DNA of 64,000 nucleotides from Candidatus Thorarchaeota archaeon (GTDB taxonomy: Archaea; Asgardarchaeota; Thorarchaeia; Thorarchaeales; Thorarchaeaceae), in contig JAOUFI010000007.1 in the NCBI GenBank assembly GCA_029858305.1, forward strand, positions 763 through 64,762. The letters run 5' to 3'. The translations under genes and the position numbers were made by a program. Within the stretch, counting starts at the first letter, position 1; every line of letters starts with the position of its first letter. Shown piece by piece: positions 19,566 to 29,384 of the stretch. The notes beneath the pieces were generated by a model. It was not told where the DNA came from and ran no database searches. It saw only the letters and a program-made list of their open reading frames with translations.

Positions 19566-20368
19566 TGGCAACCACTCCACTTCTCGAGGCTCAAAATCTT
19601 GCGGTCCGATATCCCAATGGAGAACTTGCTCTTCATAATGTATCATTTACTATCAAGTCTCCTAGTTTCATGGCAATCATCGGGCCAAATGGCTCTGGCA
19701 AATCAACACTGGTCAAGGCTGCACTAGGACTCATTAAACCGTTTCGTGGAACTATCAAAGTCTTAGGGTATGATTCAGTCAAACAGGCGAGTAAGATACG
19801 AAAACAGATTCGATATGTCCCTCAGAGAGATCGTATCGAGTTGGCAGTACCAATGAAGGTGAAGGATATTGTACTGATGGGCCGACTGCTCAAGAAACTT
19901 CCCCCACGAATCGCATCTTCGAAAGACATAGAGATAGCAAGAGATGCACTTCGTCAGGTGAACATGGATTCCCTTTGGAACCATCCTTTTCCAGAACTCT
20001 CTGGAGGTCAAAGACAGAGAGTTCTTGTGGCACGAGCACTAGCAGGAGAAGGCTCTGTTCTGGTACTTGATGAACCTCTTGCAGGAACCGATGTGGAGAG
20101 CCAAGACCTTATCGTCGAAGCACTCGGTCGTTATCATCGCGAGAATGATGTTAGTATTATCATGATTACTCATGACCTCAATCCAATACACACGTTGGTA
20201 CAGGACGTCCTACTTCTGAAGAACACTGTTATTGGAATAGGTGAACCATGTTCTATAATGGAGCCTGAGTTAATCAAAAAGGTCTATGGACCTACAGCAA
20301 AGATTGTGGAACACTCCGGACATAGATATTGCCTAACACGAGATTCAGGATTTGATCGCCATGATTGA
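19565..20368 (+). CDS. Metal ABC transporter ATPase (ZnuC-like)
   Basis: GPNGSGKS, YVPQ, LSGGQRQR, LDEP. Confidence 0.92.
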   Translation: MATTPLLEAQNLAVRYPNGELALHNVSFTIKSPSFMAIIGPNGSGKSTLVKAALGLIKPFRGTIKVLGYDSVKQASKIRKQIRYVPQRDRIELAVPMKVKDIVLMGRLLKKLPPRIASSKDIEIARDALRQVNMDSLWNHPFPELSGGQRQRVLVARALAGEGSVLVLDEPLAGTDVESQDLIVEALGRYHRENDVSIIMITHDLNPIHTLVQDVLLLKNTVIGIGEPCSIMEPELIKKVYGPTAKIVEHSGHRYCLTRDSGFDRHD

Positions 20369-21311
20369 TATAATTCAGGTAATAGTATCCAGTCCGTTTC
20401 TTCAACGAGCTTTATTTGCGGCTGTTCTCGTCGCTGTAATAGCTGCGGCAAGTGGGACATTTTTGGTATTTAGAGGACTCTCATTCATGGCATCAGGAGT
20501 GGCGCATGCGGCTCTCGGAGGGACTGCGCTTGGAATATTCCTTCAAGAATCTGGACTTGTACCTTGGTTTGATCCTATTCTTGGAGCCTTGCTGTTCAGT
20601 ATTCTTGTAGCCGCCTTTACTGGGTATGCTGGGGAATCTGGCATAACTCAGAAAATGGAGGTTGCCGTTGGTGTATCCTTTGCTCTTTCGATGAGTCTTG
20701 CTGTTTTCCTAATGTACTACATTCCGCCCTATCGAGTCCCCCAGATTTGGGGATATCTTGTTGGTGATATCCTTCTTCTCAACGATTTTGATATCATTAT
20801 GCTGATGAGTACAGCTGTTCTTCTAGGAGTGATAACACTGATGTTCAACAAGGAGTTTGTCTATGTCAGTGTGGACATGGAAGGATCTGTGGCTCATGGA
20901 ATGAATGCACGTATGTATCACTACGCTATGCTCATTGTGTCTGCTCTTGCTATTGCATTGGCAACAAAAGCTGTGGGTGCTATTCTTGTATATGCGATAT
21001 TAGTCGCTCCTGCAGCTGCATCTAACGAGCTTGTGAAATCTGTTAGAGGTGTAATTTTCTCTGTGTTTCTGATAGCGCTCATAGCCGAGCTAATTGGCTT
21101 GATAACTTCATTCGTTGTCTACGTTTCTCCGAGTGCTATTGCTGGAATTCTAGCTGCGCTCTCGTATATTCTAGCGCTTCAGATAAGACGAGTACGAGAA
21201 AGAGTGCAAACGGAAATTGAAGAAACTAGTCTCGCGCCTGAAGATTTGGTTGAAACATTTAATCAGTCAATAACGATTGAACAGAAGGGGGATCACAATC
21301 ACGAACATTAA
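20361..21311 (+). CDS. Metal ABC transporter permease (ZnuB-like)
   Basis: GVAHAALGG motif, multiple TMs, His-rich C-terminus HNHEH. Confidence 0.9.
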   Translation: MIDIIQVIVSSPFLQRALFAAVLVAVIAAASGTFLVFRGLSFMASGVAHAALGGTALGIFLQESGLVPWFDPILGALLFSILVAAFTGYAGESGITQKMEVAVGVSFALSMSLAVFLMYYIPPYRVPQIWGYLVGDILLLNDFDIIMLMSTAVLLGVITLMFNKEFVYVSVDMEGSVAHGMNARMYHYAMLIVSALAIALATKAVGAILVYAILVAPAAASNELVKSVRGVIFSVFLIALIAELIGLITSFVVYVSPSAIAGILAALSYILALQIRRVRERVQTEIEETSLAPEDLVETFNQSITIEQKGDHNHEH

Positions 21312-21498
21312 TCCTGGGATAAATGTCACCGATTGAACTGACGACGACGTTATGCCTACACCAACAGTGAAATACCATGTTCACATGTGCTGAGTAGAAG
21401 AACAATCACCAACAGACTTACACGGACAACCTTGAATCGGTCGGTATGTTTAAGAGTGAAACATAAACCCTCGATTTTCAAGGTCGGAGTGAACAACA

Positions 21499-21897
21499 GT
21501 GAGCGATGACATCCCAGAACGACGTGAAATGATACGCTCTACAGTGATTACTATTTTACTCACAGTTGTGTTTTTGATATTAGGACTTGCATTTTGGGCA
21601 TGGTCTTCACCTGCTGTTATTGATACAAGTCCAATTGGTGTGCTCAATAGCATAAATCCGTTCGTCACAGTGTTAATTGAGTCACTAACAATGCTTGGGA
21701 TGTTTATCTTTTTCTCTGTCACTGTGATAAATTTGAGGCTATTCATATCCAATGTACGAGCAGGTTGGTTTGAAGTAATAGCAATCTTCATTCTAATCAT
21801 TGCCATGTCTTGGCTAATGTTTGGATCTGGAGTTGGTGGTGTTACAGCGGTACTCTCTCTTGGATTCGTTGTATATCTCTATCTCTTGCAAGAGTGA
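21499..21897 (+). CDS. Small 4-TM membrane protein
   Basis: Hydrophobic 132-aa ORF. Confidence 0.7.
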   Translation: MSDDIPERREMIRSTVITILLTVVFLILGLAFWAWSSPAVIDTSPIGVLNSINPFVTVLIESLTMLGMFIFFSVTVINLRLFISNVRAGWFEVIAIFILIIAMSWLMFGSGVGGVTAVLSLGFVVYLYLLQE

Positions 21898-22118
21898 TAC
21901 TCTTCATCAGTCATGAACGGACAAGTATCCAATGTCATTTTGCAGATAGACCAGAAGCTTTATGTGGCTAGTTCCAAGAATTGCCCTTGAGCCTAGGTGA
22001 TAGAATCATCGACAGCTGACTGCAAAGGAGTCTTTACCATCCCCTGGAACTGTCAGGCAATGCTCACTTGTGGGTTCTGGCTTCCGGTGAGTTCTAATGA
22101 CTCTTGGAGGAATACATT

Positions 22119-22850
22119 GTGTTTGGAATCTCTGGCGCTGGTTATGATATGAGTACCAGCATCTTTAGCCCTGATGGAAGAATATTCGCTGCAGAGTATG
22201 CAAAGAAAGCAGTCGAGCAAGGGGCAACCTCAATTGGGGTTCTTGTGAACGATGGAGTCATTCTCCTCACTGAAAAGAGAATCGAGCCTCTGCAAGAACC
22301 CGATAGTGTTGAGAAGATAGCCAAAATTGACGATCATATTGGCACTGCCACATCAGGTTTAATGGCCGACGCTCGTAAGCTCCTATATGAAGCACGGATT
22401 AAGGCTCAATCCTATTGGCTCACATATGAAGAGCCTGTTCCTGCGGAAGTCATTGCTGAACATATCTGTAACAAGAAGGCAGAATTTACTCAGGGCGGAG
22501 GTGCCCGACCATATGGTGTTGCAATGATAATTGGATCAATTGACTTTGATGGCTCTCCAAGGCTCTTCGTAACGGATCCGGTGGGAACATATTGGGGATT
22601 CCTAGCTGCAGTGATTGGCAAAGGTACTGCAAGGGCTGGTGAATTCCTCGAGAAGAACTATTCGAGAGGAAAATCACTATCTGACGCAATTAAACTAGCC
22701 CTTGGAGCACTTCGTGAAGCTACTGAGCGAGATCTCTCCGCAGATAACGTTGAGATTGCAAAGATACCGTTGGCAACACGCAAATTTGAGAAACTCTCTC
22801 GCGCTGATATTGATAAATTTCTCAACCCGCCAAAACCAGCGAAGAAATAA
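22119..22850 (+). CDS. psmA: Proteasome alpha subunit
   Basis: YD...IFSPDGR...EYA and RPYGV motifs; start GTG 22119 behind GGAGG. Confidence 0.95.
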   Translation: MFGISGAGYDMSTSIFSPDGRIFAAEYAKKAVEQGATSIGVLVNDGVILLTEKRIEPLQEPDSVEKIAKIDDHIGTATSGLMADARKLLYEARIKAQSYWLTYEEPVPAEVIAEHICNKKAEFTQGGGARPYGVAMIIGSIDFDGSPRLFVTDPVGTYWGFLAAVIGKGTARAGEFLEKNYSRGKSLSDAIKLALGALREATERDLSADNVEIAKIPLATRKFEKLSRADIDKFLNPPKPAKK

Positions 22851-22867
22851 TAGGAGTTGAACATAAG

Positions 22868-23599
22868 TTGATGGGTGGAGGTTCTGGCAGAAAATCCGGT
22901 GACACTTGGCTTGAGTTAGATGCAGTTGTCATTGGCATTAAAAAGGGGCACCTTAGGTTTGAGCTGTTTGTCGATCCTGACTTAGCCTTCAAATACCGAC
23001 GTGGAGAAGAAATTCCCCTTGAGGACATTCTAAAGTCCTACACAGTGTATGAAGATGCAAGGAGAGGCGAGCATGCAACAGAGAGTCTCGTGAAGGATGC
23101 ATTTGGTTCATCTGAGATTTTTGATATTGCTCCTGAAATCATTAAGCAAGGAGAGTTCAAGCTCACTCATGAACAACGAGTTCAACTCGTACATGAGAAG
23201 ACTGAGACCATCATTGATCACATAGCAAAAAGGGCTATGAACCCTCAAACTGGTCATCCTCATCCACCCGACCGAATTCGTCAGGCTCTTGTAGAGGCAA
23301 AAGTGCAAATTGATGCCTTCATCAGTGTTGATGAGCAAATTCCAAACGTGGTCAAGGCTCTTAGGGTCATCATTCCAATATCCTTTGAGAGTGTTAAACT
23401 CCAGATTACCATCCCTGCCACTTTCTCTGGAAAGGGATACAACATGGTTTCCAATGCAGGAGTCATCAGGTCAGAGTCGTGGAATCTAGACGGCTCTTGG
23501 ACTGGTCTCATTGAACTACCAGCTCAAAAAAGGCAGGAACTCTATGATGAGTTGAACCGGCTTACAAAAGGTCAGATTCGCATTGAAGTCGTCAGATAA
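22868..23599 (+). CDS. sdo1: Ribosome maturation factor SBDS/Sdo1
   Basis: RFELFVDP, NPQTGHPHPPDRI motifs; superoperon position. Confidence 0.93.
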   Translation: MMGGGSGRKSGDTWLELDAVVIGIKKGHLRFELFVDPDLAFKYRRGEEIPLEDILKSYTVYEDARRGEHATESLVKDAFGSSEIFDIAPEIIKQGEFKLTHEQRVQLVHEKTETIIDHIAKRAMNPQTGHPHPPDRIRQALVEAKVQIDAFISVDEQIPNVVKALRVIIPISFESVKLQITIPATFSGKGYNMVSNAGVIRSESWNLDGSWTGLIELPAQKRQELYDELNRLTKGQIRIEVVR

Positions 23600-23657
23600 T
23601 CGAATCCCTATAGAGGAACTATGAAGATTGAAACGATATTACAGAGGGAACAAATAA

Positions 23658-24587
23658 TTGGCAGTATACTTTCAAAAACGTGAAGTCGTAGTACCGGGGC
23701 AGTTACTTGCGGAAGGCAGATACCGACCGTCCTATGGAACTTATGATGAGAACGGCAAAATCTACTCTACACTAGTTGGATTGGCTGAACTTAGAGGCAA
23801 CACCGTTAAAGTCGTTGCACTTGAGGGGGCATATATCCCAAAGGAAGGAGATCTAGTAATTGGTATTATAACCACAGTTGCTGGAAATAACTGGAAGGTT
23901 GATATTGGTGGCCCCTATGGCGCATCACTACATGCAAATAACGCTCTGAGACGTCCATATTCTGATGATATTTCAGAATACATGGACATCGGGGATGTTA
24001 TCTCAGCAGAAGTAATAGCCTTTGATAGACAAACTGGTCCTTTCCTCTCAATGAAGGGAAGAGGCCTTCGGGTATTAGATAAAGGGATGCTTTTTGATGT
24101 TAGCCCTGCAAAAATACCTCGAATCATTGGCAGAAGAGGGTCCATGATTAACATGATTACCGACCACCTGAGAATTCAGACAGTGGTTGGACAAAATGGA
24201 CGTATCTGGATAAAAGCCCCAGACACTGCATCATTACGCTTAGCAATCAAGGCCTTCAAGACCATCGAGGCGCAAGCGCATACATCCAACCTGACTGAGA
24301 GAATCAATACTATGCTTGCTGCAGAGGTTGCAGAAATACGTTCTACTGCGCCCACGATAAAGACAGGCAAGGACACTGAGAACGAAGCTGTCGAGGAGGA
24401 GGAGTCTGTTGATACAGAACAGTCCGATCTTACAGGTGATGAAACAAACGAGGCTGTAGACGACATCGAAGAGCAAGAATTAGAGATGGACGAGAATCCT
24501 GATGAGGAAACTGAAAATGCAGCTTCAGACGATATTGAAGATGAATTAGAAGACAAATTTGATAATGAGGAAGTGAACGAGAAATGA
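23658..24587 (+). CDS. rrp4: Exosome cap protein Rrp4 with acidic C-terminal tail
   Basis: VVVPGQ, YIPKEGDLVIG S1 domain, KH domain IIGRRGSMI, GQNGRIW. Confidence 0.93.
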   Translation: MAVYFQKREVVVPGQLLAEGRYRPSYGTYDENGKIYSTLVGLAELRGNTVKVVALEGAYIPKEGDLVIGIITTVAGNNWKVDIGGPYGASLHANNALRRPYSDDISEYMDIGDVISAEVIAFDRQTGPFLSMKGRGLRVLDKGMLFDVSPAKIPRIIGRRGSMINMITDHLRIQTVVGQNGRIWIKAPDTASLRLAIKAFKTIEAQAHTSNLTERINTMLAAEVAEIRSTAPTIKTGKDTENEAVEEEESVDTEQSDLTGDETNEAVDDIEEQELEMDENPDEETENAASDDIEDELEDKFDNEEVNEK

Positions 24588-25402
24588 GTCCAGAAACGAA
24601 ACCTGACTTTTTAATTAGTCCTGAGGGTTTGAGGGTCGATGGTCGAAGACCTGATGAATTGCGACCAGTTGAGCTTAAAGTTGGTGTCTTGAAGCAAGCC
24701 GATGGTTCTGCATCAATCCGACAGGGAAAAACATACATTATTGCTGGGGTCTATGGTCCAAGGGAACTACACCCGAGGCATTTGGCTCTGAATGATAGAG
24801 CTTTCTTGCGCGTAGTCTATAGAATGGCTACCTTCTCAGTTCCTGATAGAAAGAGACCAGCTCCTTCACGAAGGGAGAAGGAGATCTCAATGGTAATAGC
24901 TAATGCACTAAGTCCCGCTTTATTCCTTGAAGAATTTCCCCGTGCGGTAGTTGATGTATTCATTCAGGTCATACAAGCTGATGGCGGTACACGTTGTGCT
25001 TCAATTAATGCTGCATCGTTGGCTTTGGCAGATGCAGGGATTCCAATGAGGAGTCTTGTACCATCTGTTGCCGTGGGCAAGGCTGATGGCGTACTCGTAG
25101 TCGATTTAGGCGATGAAGAAGACAAATACGGTGAAGGCGATGTTCCAATGGCAATCTTACCCCCTACTGAGGAGATTACACTTCTACAGCAAGATGGTTT
25201 CTTCACCCGAGATGAACTCTTGGAAGCAATGCAGATGGGTATCAGCTCCTGCAAATACCTCCATGAGCTTCAGAAAGAAGCTCTAAAGAAAGCCTATGTC
25301 AAAAAGACTCCAGATGGAGAAGAAGGTGACGTTGATGAGGATGAATTTGATGATGATCTTGAAACAGATCTTGGCGAGTCCGATATGATGGAGGATGAGT
25401 AA
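24584..25402 (+). CDS. rrp41: Exosome RNase PH subunit Rrp41
   Basis: DGRRPDELR, ADGSA, QADGGTRCA, DEEDKYG. Confidence 0.95.
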   Translation: MSPETKPDFLISPEGLRVDGRRPDELRPVELKVGVLKQADGSASIRQGKTYIIAGVYGPRELHPRHLALNDRAFLRVVYRMATFSVPDRKRPAPSRREKEISMVIANALSPALFLEEFPRAVVDVFIQVIQADGGTRCASINAASLALADAGIPMRSLVPSVAVGKADGVLVVDLGDEEDKYGEGDVPMAILPPTEEITLLQQDGFFTRDELLEAMQMGISSCKYLHELQKEALKKAYVKKTPDGEEGDVDEDEFDDDLETDLGESDMMEDE

Positions 25403-26231
25403 AATGGGTGACTTTTCATCACAAACAATTAGTCACATTGACCGCGAGTTCATAGCTGAACTCCTTGGAAAAGGAGAACGCTTGGATGGCCGTGCGTTCA
25501 ATGAATACCGTGACATTCAGATTGAAGCCAATGTAGTACCTGCGAAGGCTGAAGGTTCTGCAATGGTTCAACTTGGTGATACAAGTGTAGTGGCAGGAGT
25601 CAAAGTCCTTGTGGGAGAACCTTATCCTGATTCTCCTGACGAAGGTGTCATAATGGTGACTGCTGAGATGTCCCCCATTGCTTCCCCTCTGTTTGAGCTA
25701 GGGCCTCCTAAAGAGGATGCAATTGAGCTCGCGCGAATTGTTGACAGAGGTGTTCGCGAGTCACAAATGGTAGATGCAAAGGCACTCTGTATAGAGGAAG
25801 GCAAGAAAGTATACATGGTATTTGCTGATGTCTATCCTCTCGAATATGATGGCAATCTCATAGATGCTTCCTCGATTGCTGTGAATGTTGCACTGCTTAC
25901 GACAAAGTTTCCTGAGATGAAGCTAGAAGAAAAAGAGCTTATAGCGACCGGCGAGATCAAATCTCTTCCTGTCACAAATATAGCTGTCGAGCATACAGTG
26001 GTCAAGATTGGTAAACATCTGATTTTGGATCCAGTTCTAAAGGAGGAGTTTGTCCAAGACTGCAGACTAACCATGGCGATTGATGAGAAGGATAACTTTA
26101 CTGCCCTCCAAAAGGGTGGCGGAACCGGAGCAATGTCCCTCAGTCTCATTGAAGAAGCAATGGACATGGCTCTAGATGCAGGGAAGATCATTCGCGAAAA
26201 GATTGACGCATCAGTAAAAGCGATTAAGTAA
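25395..26231 (+). CDS. rrp42: Exosome subunit Rrp42
   Basis: RLDGRAFNEYR, AEGSA, ELARIVDRGVRES, DGNLIDAS. Confidence 0.95.
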   Translation: MSKMGDFSSQTISHIDREFIAELLGKGERLDGRAFNEYRDIQIEANVVPAKAEGSAMVQLGDTSVVAGVKVLVGEPYPDSPDEGVIMVTAEMSPIASPLFELGPPKEDAIELARIVDRGVRESQMVDAKALCIEEGKKVYMVFADVYPLEYDGNLIDASSIAVNVALLTTKFPEMKLEEKELIATGEIKSLPVTNIAVEHTVVKIGKHLILDPVLKEEFVQDCRLTMAIDEKDNFTALQKGGGTGAMSLSLIEEAMDMALDAGKIIREKIDASVKAIK

Positions 26232-26378
26232 ATTCGAGAGAGTGCTCCTGTTCACTCTGCGAGCACTCCTTCATTGTTTACAGATAGATACGCTAATAAG
26301 TGATTCATGTGGGCGATTCGTTGGCTCCAACAGCCACCGCACATTGCCTTCATGTGACACTATAAGGAGAATATTCAA

Positions 26379-26777
26379 TTGGCACGAACCAAAAAGGTTG
26401 GTAGCACTGGAAGATACGGAGCACGGTATGGTGCTAAGCTACGACGTCGAGTGCTTGATATTGAGAAAAAGACGAGTGAACCAGCTCGGTGTCCATCGTG
26501 CGCCACAAAAGCGCTCAAAAGAGAGGCTGTCGGGCTATGGAAGTGCAATAAGTGCAATCTTCTTTTCGCTGGTGGTGCATATGTACCATATACTGAGGCA
26601 GGAAAAGCAGCCAAGCGAGCAATCGCTCAGAGAATTGCTGGTGACTTTCTTGCGCTTCGCGACGATGAAAACATTGAAGATGTTCTAGATTTCCTCCCAA
26701 ACATTCATGAGGAAGAGGTCGTTCTTGATGCTGAAACAGTTTCAACATCAGAAACCAAGGACACCGATGACGAGTAA
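26379..26777 (+). CDS. rpl37ae: Ribosomal protein eL43 (L37Ae) with acidic extension
   Basis: GRYGARYG, CPSC...WKCNKC, FAGGAY. Confidence 0.95.
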   Translation: MARTKKVGSTGRYGARYGAKLRRRVLDIEKKTSEPARCPSCATKALKREAVGLWKCNKCNLLFAGGAYVPYTEAGKAAKRAIAQRIAGDFLALRDDENIEDVLDFLPNIHEEEVVLDAETVSTSETKDTDDE

Positions 26778-26794
26778 TCCTGAGCCGAATAGAA

Positions 26795-27358
26795 TTGCCA
26801 AGTCTGTTACTTACTACATCTCGGAAGACATCAAACAGAGTGCGTGCTTTTGCTCGTGATCTTTCTCAGGTTCTTCCAAATGTTGAGCGGTTTAATCGCG
26901 GAAGAATGGGGCTTCCAGAACTAATTTCTCGAATTAGTCAGAATGGTGCAAAAGCTGCAATTGTTATTTCTATTTGGCAAGGCAATCCTGGCGAGATGAC
27001 CATCCTATCATCTACAGGGCAAGATACTATCAATATCAGACTAGAGAGTGTGCTCCTACGGCGCGAAGTCAATCCAACAGGACCAACTAGAAGCAGTAGA
27101 GTTGATTGTGTTCTAATCAAATCTGGTAGTAGTGCAATAGTAAAAGCACTTGCTGAAGATATCGCATCTCTATTGGATTTGAGCTTGTCTGAGCAAATAG
27201 ACGCATATGCAGCTCTGGCTGATGAAGCCAAAAGTTTCATCTGGCTCGAAGATAGTGGATCTGGTAAAATTCTTTGGACTCATTATAATACTCATAACAG
27301 AATTGAAATTGGCCCAAGAATTCGTGTTTCAGCGGTAAGGGGGACACACAAAGGTTGA
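26795..27358 (+). CDS. Brix/Imp4-domain ribosome biogenesis protein
   Basis: LLTTSRKTSNRVRAF, RFNRG, EIGPRI motifs. Confidence 0.85.
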   Translation: MPSLLLTTSRKTSNRVRAFARDLSQVLPNVERFNRGRMGLPELISRISQNGAKAAIVISIWQGNPGEMTILSSTGQDTINIRLESVLLRREVNPTGPTRSSRVDCVLIKSGSSAIVKALAEDIASLLDLSLSEQIDAYAALADEAKSFIWLEDSGSGKILWTHYNTHNRIEIGPRIRVSAVRGTHKG

Positions 27359-27627
27359 GCACAACTGATATCAAAAGCAGGTCGGTATTAGAGATACCCG
27401 TCGAATCTGAACAGAAGGCAATGATACTTTATTCCGCTCTTCTTCCTGAAACTGAATCTATACCATCAGATAGAGCAACTTCAACCGTGACAGTAAATGG
27501 TTCTTCTTTAATAGTTGAAATAGAGGCCAACGATTTAACAGCAATGCGTGCATCCCTGAACTCTTTTGTTGCTTGGATTTCTGCATGTTTGAGAACTTTG
27601 GATACTATAGATGCCAAAGGGTCCTGA
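27355..27627 (+). CDS. pcc1: KEOPS subunit Pcc1
   Basis: IEANDLTAMRASLNSF motif; superoperon position. Confidence 0.88.
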   Translation: MSTTDIKSRSVLEIPVESEQKAMILYSALLPETESIPSDRATSTVTVNGSSLIVEIEANDLTAMRASLNSFVAWISACLRTLDTIDAKGS

Positions 27628-27702
27628 TGCAAAGCCTTAAGTCACAAGTTCGAACGCGCAATTGGAAACGGCATCTTTGTCGAATTTAGGAGAGATTAGA
27701 TA

Positions 27703-28065
27703 ATGGCTCAGAACATACCTCCCGCATTAGAACAAGAACTGCAGAAGTTCGATACAATGCGTAGGAATCATGAAACTCTCACTACAATGTCACAAGCACT
27801 GCAATCTGAGTTGACTGAAGTTAAAGGTACACTTGAAGAGTTGAAAAAACAGGCTGATGATGTTGTTACTTACAAGGCTGTTGGACAAGTTATGTTCAAG
27901 GTAGAAAAACCTGTTCTTGTAGATGATCTTGAGGATAGGGAGAAAACCTTGGAAATGAGACTTGCATCAACAAAGAAACAGCTTGAAAGCCTAACTGGGA
28001 AACTTCAAGAGCTTCAAAATAAGATACAACTCGAGCTTTCAAAGCAGAATCTACGCCTCCAGTGA
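27703..28065 (+). CDS. pfdB: Prefoldin beta subunit
   Basis: Coiled coils flanking the TYKAVGQVMF beta-hairpin. Confidence 0.93.
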   Translation: MAQNIPPALEQELQKFDTMRRNHETLTTMSQALQSELTEVKGTLEELKKQADDVVTYKAVGQVMFKVEKPVLVDDLEDREKTLEMRLASTKKQLESLTGKLQELQNKIQLELSKQNLRLQ

Positions 28066-28373
28066 GAGATATGACCAACATTATCGATATCGGTCTTCCC
28101 GATATCTCTGAAGAAACTATCGAACGATTGGCTGAAGAGTGTGAATCCCAAATTACAAGCTATCTTCTTGAACGAGTACCAGAGAAAAGCATCGAAGATT
28201 TATTCATCAGCTGTACTCTTAATCTGCTTGATGGTCAACTAGATGTCGATTTTAATGTAGAGATTGGCCAGGGATTTGATACTGGTCAATCCCTTGACGA
28301 TTTGATTCAAAAAGCAATAGAATGGGGCGCAGAATGGCTTGAAAAACAGCTGATGGAGCTGAAGGATAAATGA
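28062..28373 (+). CDS. DUF3194-like acidic protein
   Basis: IGLPDISEE motif; typical position between pfdB and the DHH gene. Confidence 0.65.
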   Translation: MRDMTNIIDIGLPDISEETIERLAEECESQITSYLLERVPEKSIEDLFISCTLNLLDGQLDVDFNVEIGQGFDTGQSLDDLIQKAIEWGAEWLEKQLMELKDK

Positions 28374-29371
28374 ATCTGAGGTCTCTTCTCTCAGAATCTT
28401 CATACCCATTGATATTAGGTCACCAGAATGCTGATCCAGATGCTGTATGTGCAATGCTCGCTTTCGCGAGGATGTATAGGATAATCAACCCCAAAGGAAC
28501 ACCTGTTCTTATTGCAGACGATCTTAGCCGTTTATCGAATCAAGTCATGAACACTTTTGTATCCGGCGAGTCAATCCTAGAAACAGAAGGAATTGAGAGC
28601 GATCTTGTTATTCTCCTTGACACAAACAGTGTTTTCCAACTTGGTCCGAAATTTCAAAAAATCCCTCAGAATCCAAGTAAGACCATAGTCATCGACCATC
28701 ACGAGATCAATCCGGAAACTGAAGCTATAGCTGAACACAGGCTAGTTAAGACTGATCGTTCTTCAACATGTGAGATAATGGTTAATCTCTTTGAGGAATA
28801 CAATATTCCCATTGATTCAATGACTGCAAACCTCTTACTCACAGGAATTATTTTTGATACAAGACGTTTCTATTTTGCAGATGTTCTAACACTTCAGACT
28901 GCCATCAAACTAATAGAATATGGAGCCAACTATGAACAATGCATCAAAGCACTCCTAATGCGTCCTGATCGTTCAGAGAGGATAGCTCGTTTGAAGGCTG
29001 CAGGGAGAGTGAAAATCCATCAGATAGGCGACTGGTTAGTCGTCACCTCTAAAATAGGAGCTTTCGAAGCCAGTGTCTGTAGGTCACTTTTAGATATGGG
29101 AGCTGACGTGGCAATTGTAGGAGGTGCCCCTTCAAATGATGTTGTTAGAATCAGTTCACGCAGCACCCGAGAATTTTCTATATCAACTACGATTAATCTC
29201 GGCAAAGATGTCATGGAACCTCTTGGAAGTATCATTGATGGACGGGGTGGGGGTCATGCAAATGCAGCTGGAGCTAATGGCACAAAAGGTCTTGATGAAG
29301 CAATCGTTAAGTCTGTTGAGTTGATTAGAACAATAGTTGAAAAAGAGCATACATCTTCAAGAGAATCGTAG
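28370..29371 (+). CDS. DHH/DHHA1 phosphoesterase
   Basis: HQNADPDA, LLDT, IDHH, GGGHANAAG. Confidence 0.92.
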   Translation: MNLRSLLSESSYPLILGHQNADPDAVCAMLAFARMYRIINPKGTPVLIADDLSRLSNQVMNTFVSGESILETEGIESDLVILLDTNSVFQLGPKFQKIPQNPSKTIVIDHHEINPETEAIAEHRLVKTDRSSTCEIMVNLFEEYNIPIDSMTANLLLTGIIFDTRRFYFADVLTLQTAIKLIEYGANYEQCIKALLMRPDRSERIARLKAAGRVKIHQIGDWLVVTSKIGAFEASVCRSLLDMGADVAIVGGAPSNDVVRISSRSTREFSISTTINLGKDVMEPLGSIIDGRGGGHANAAGANGTKGLDEAIVKSVELIRTIVEKEHTSSRES

Positions 29372-29384
29372 GGGATTGTAGTCT

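Noticed and set aside
21990-22110. Riboswitch-like leader before psmA (GACAG/CTGTC, CTGAC/GTCAG, CTCAC/GTGAG pairings)
   Set aside because: Only 5-bp helices, expected by chance, and no match to a riboswitch consensus I know; an Infernal search would settle it.
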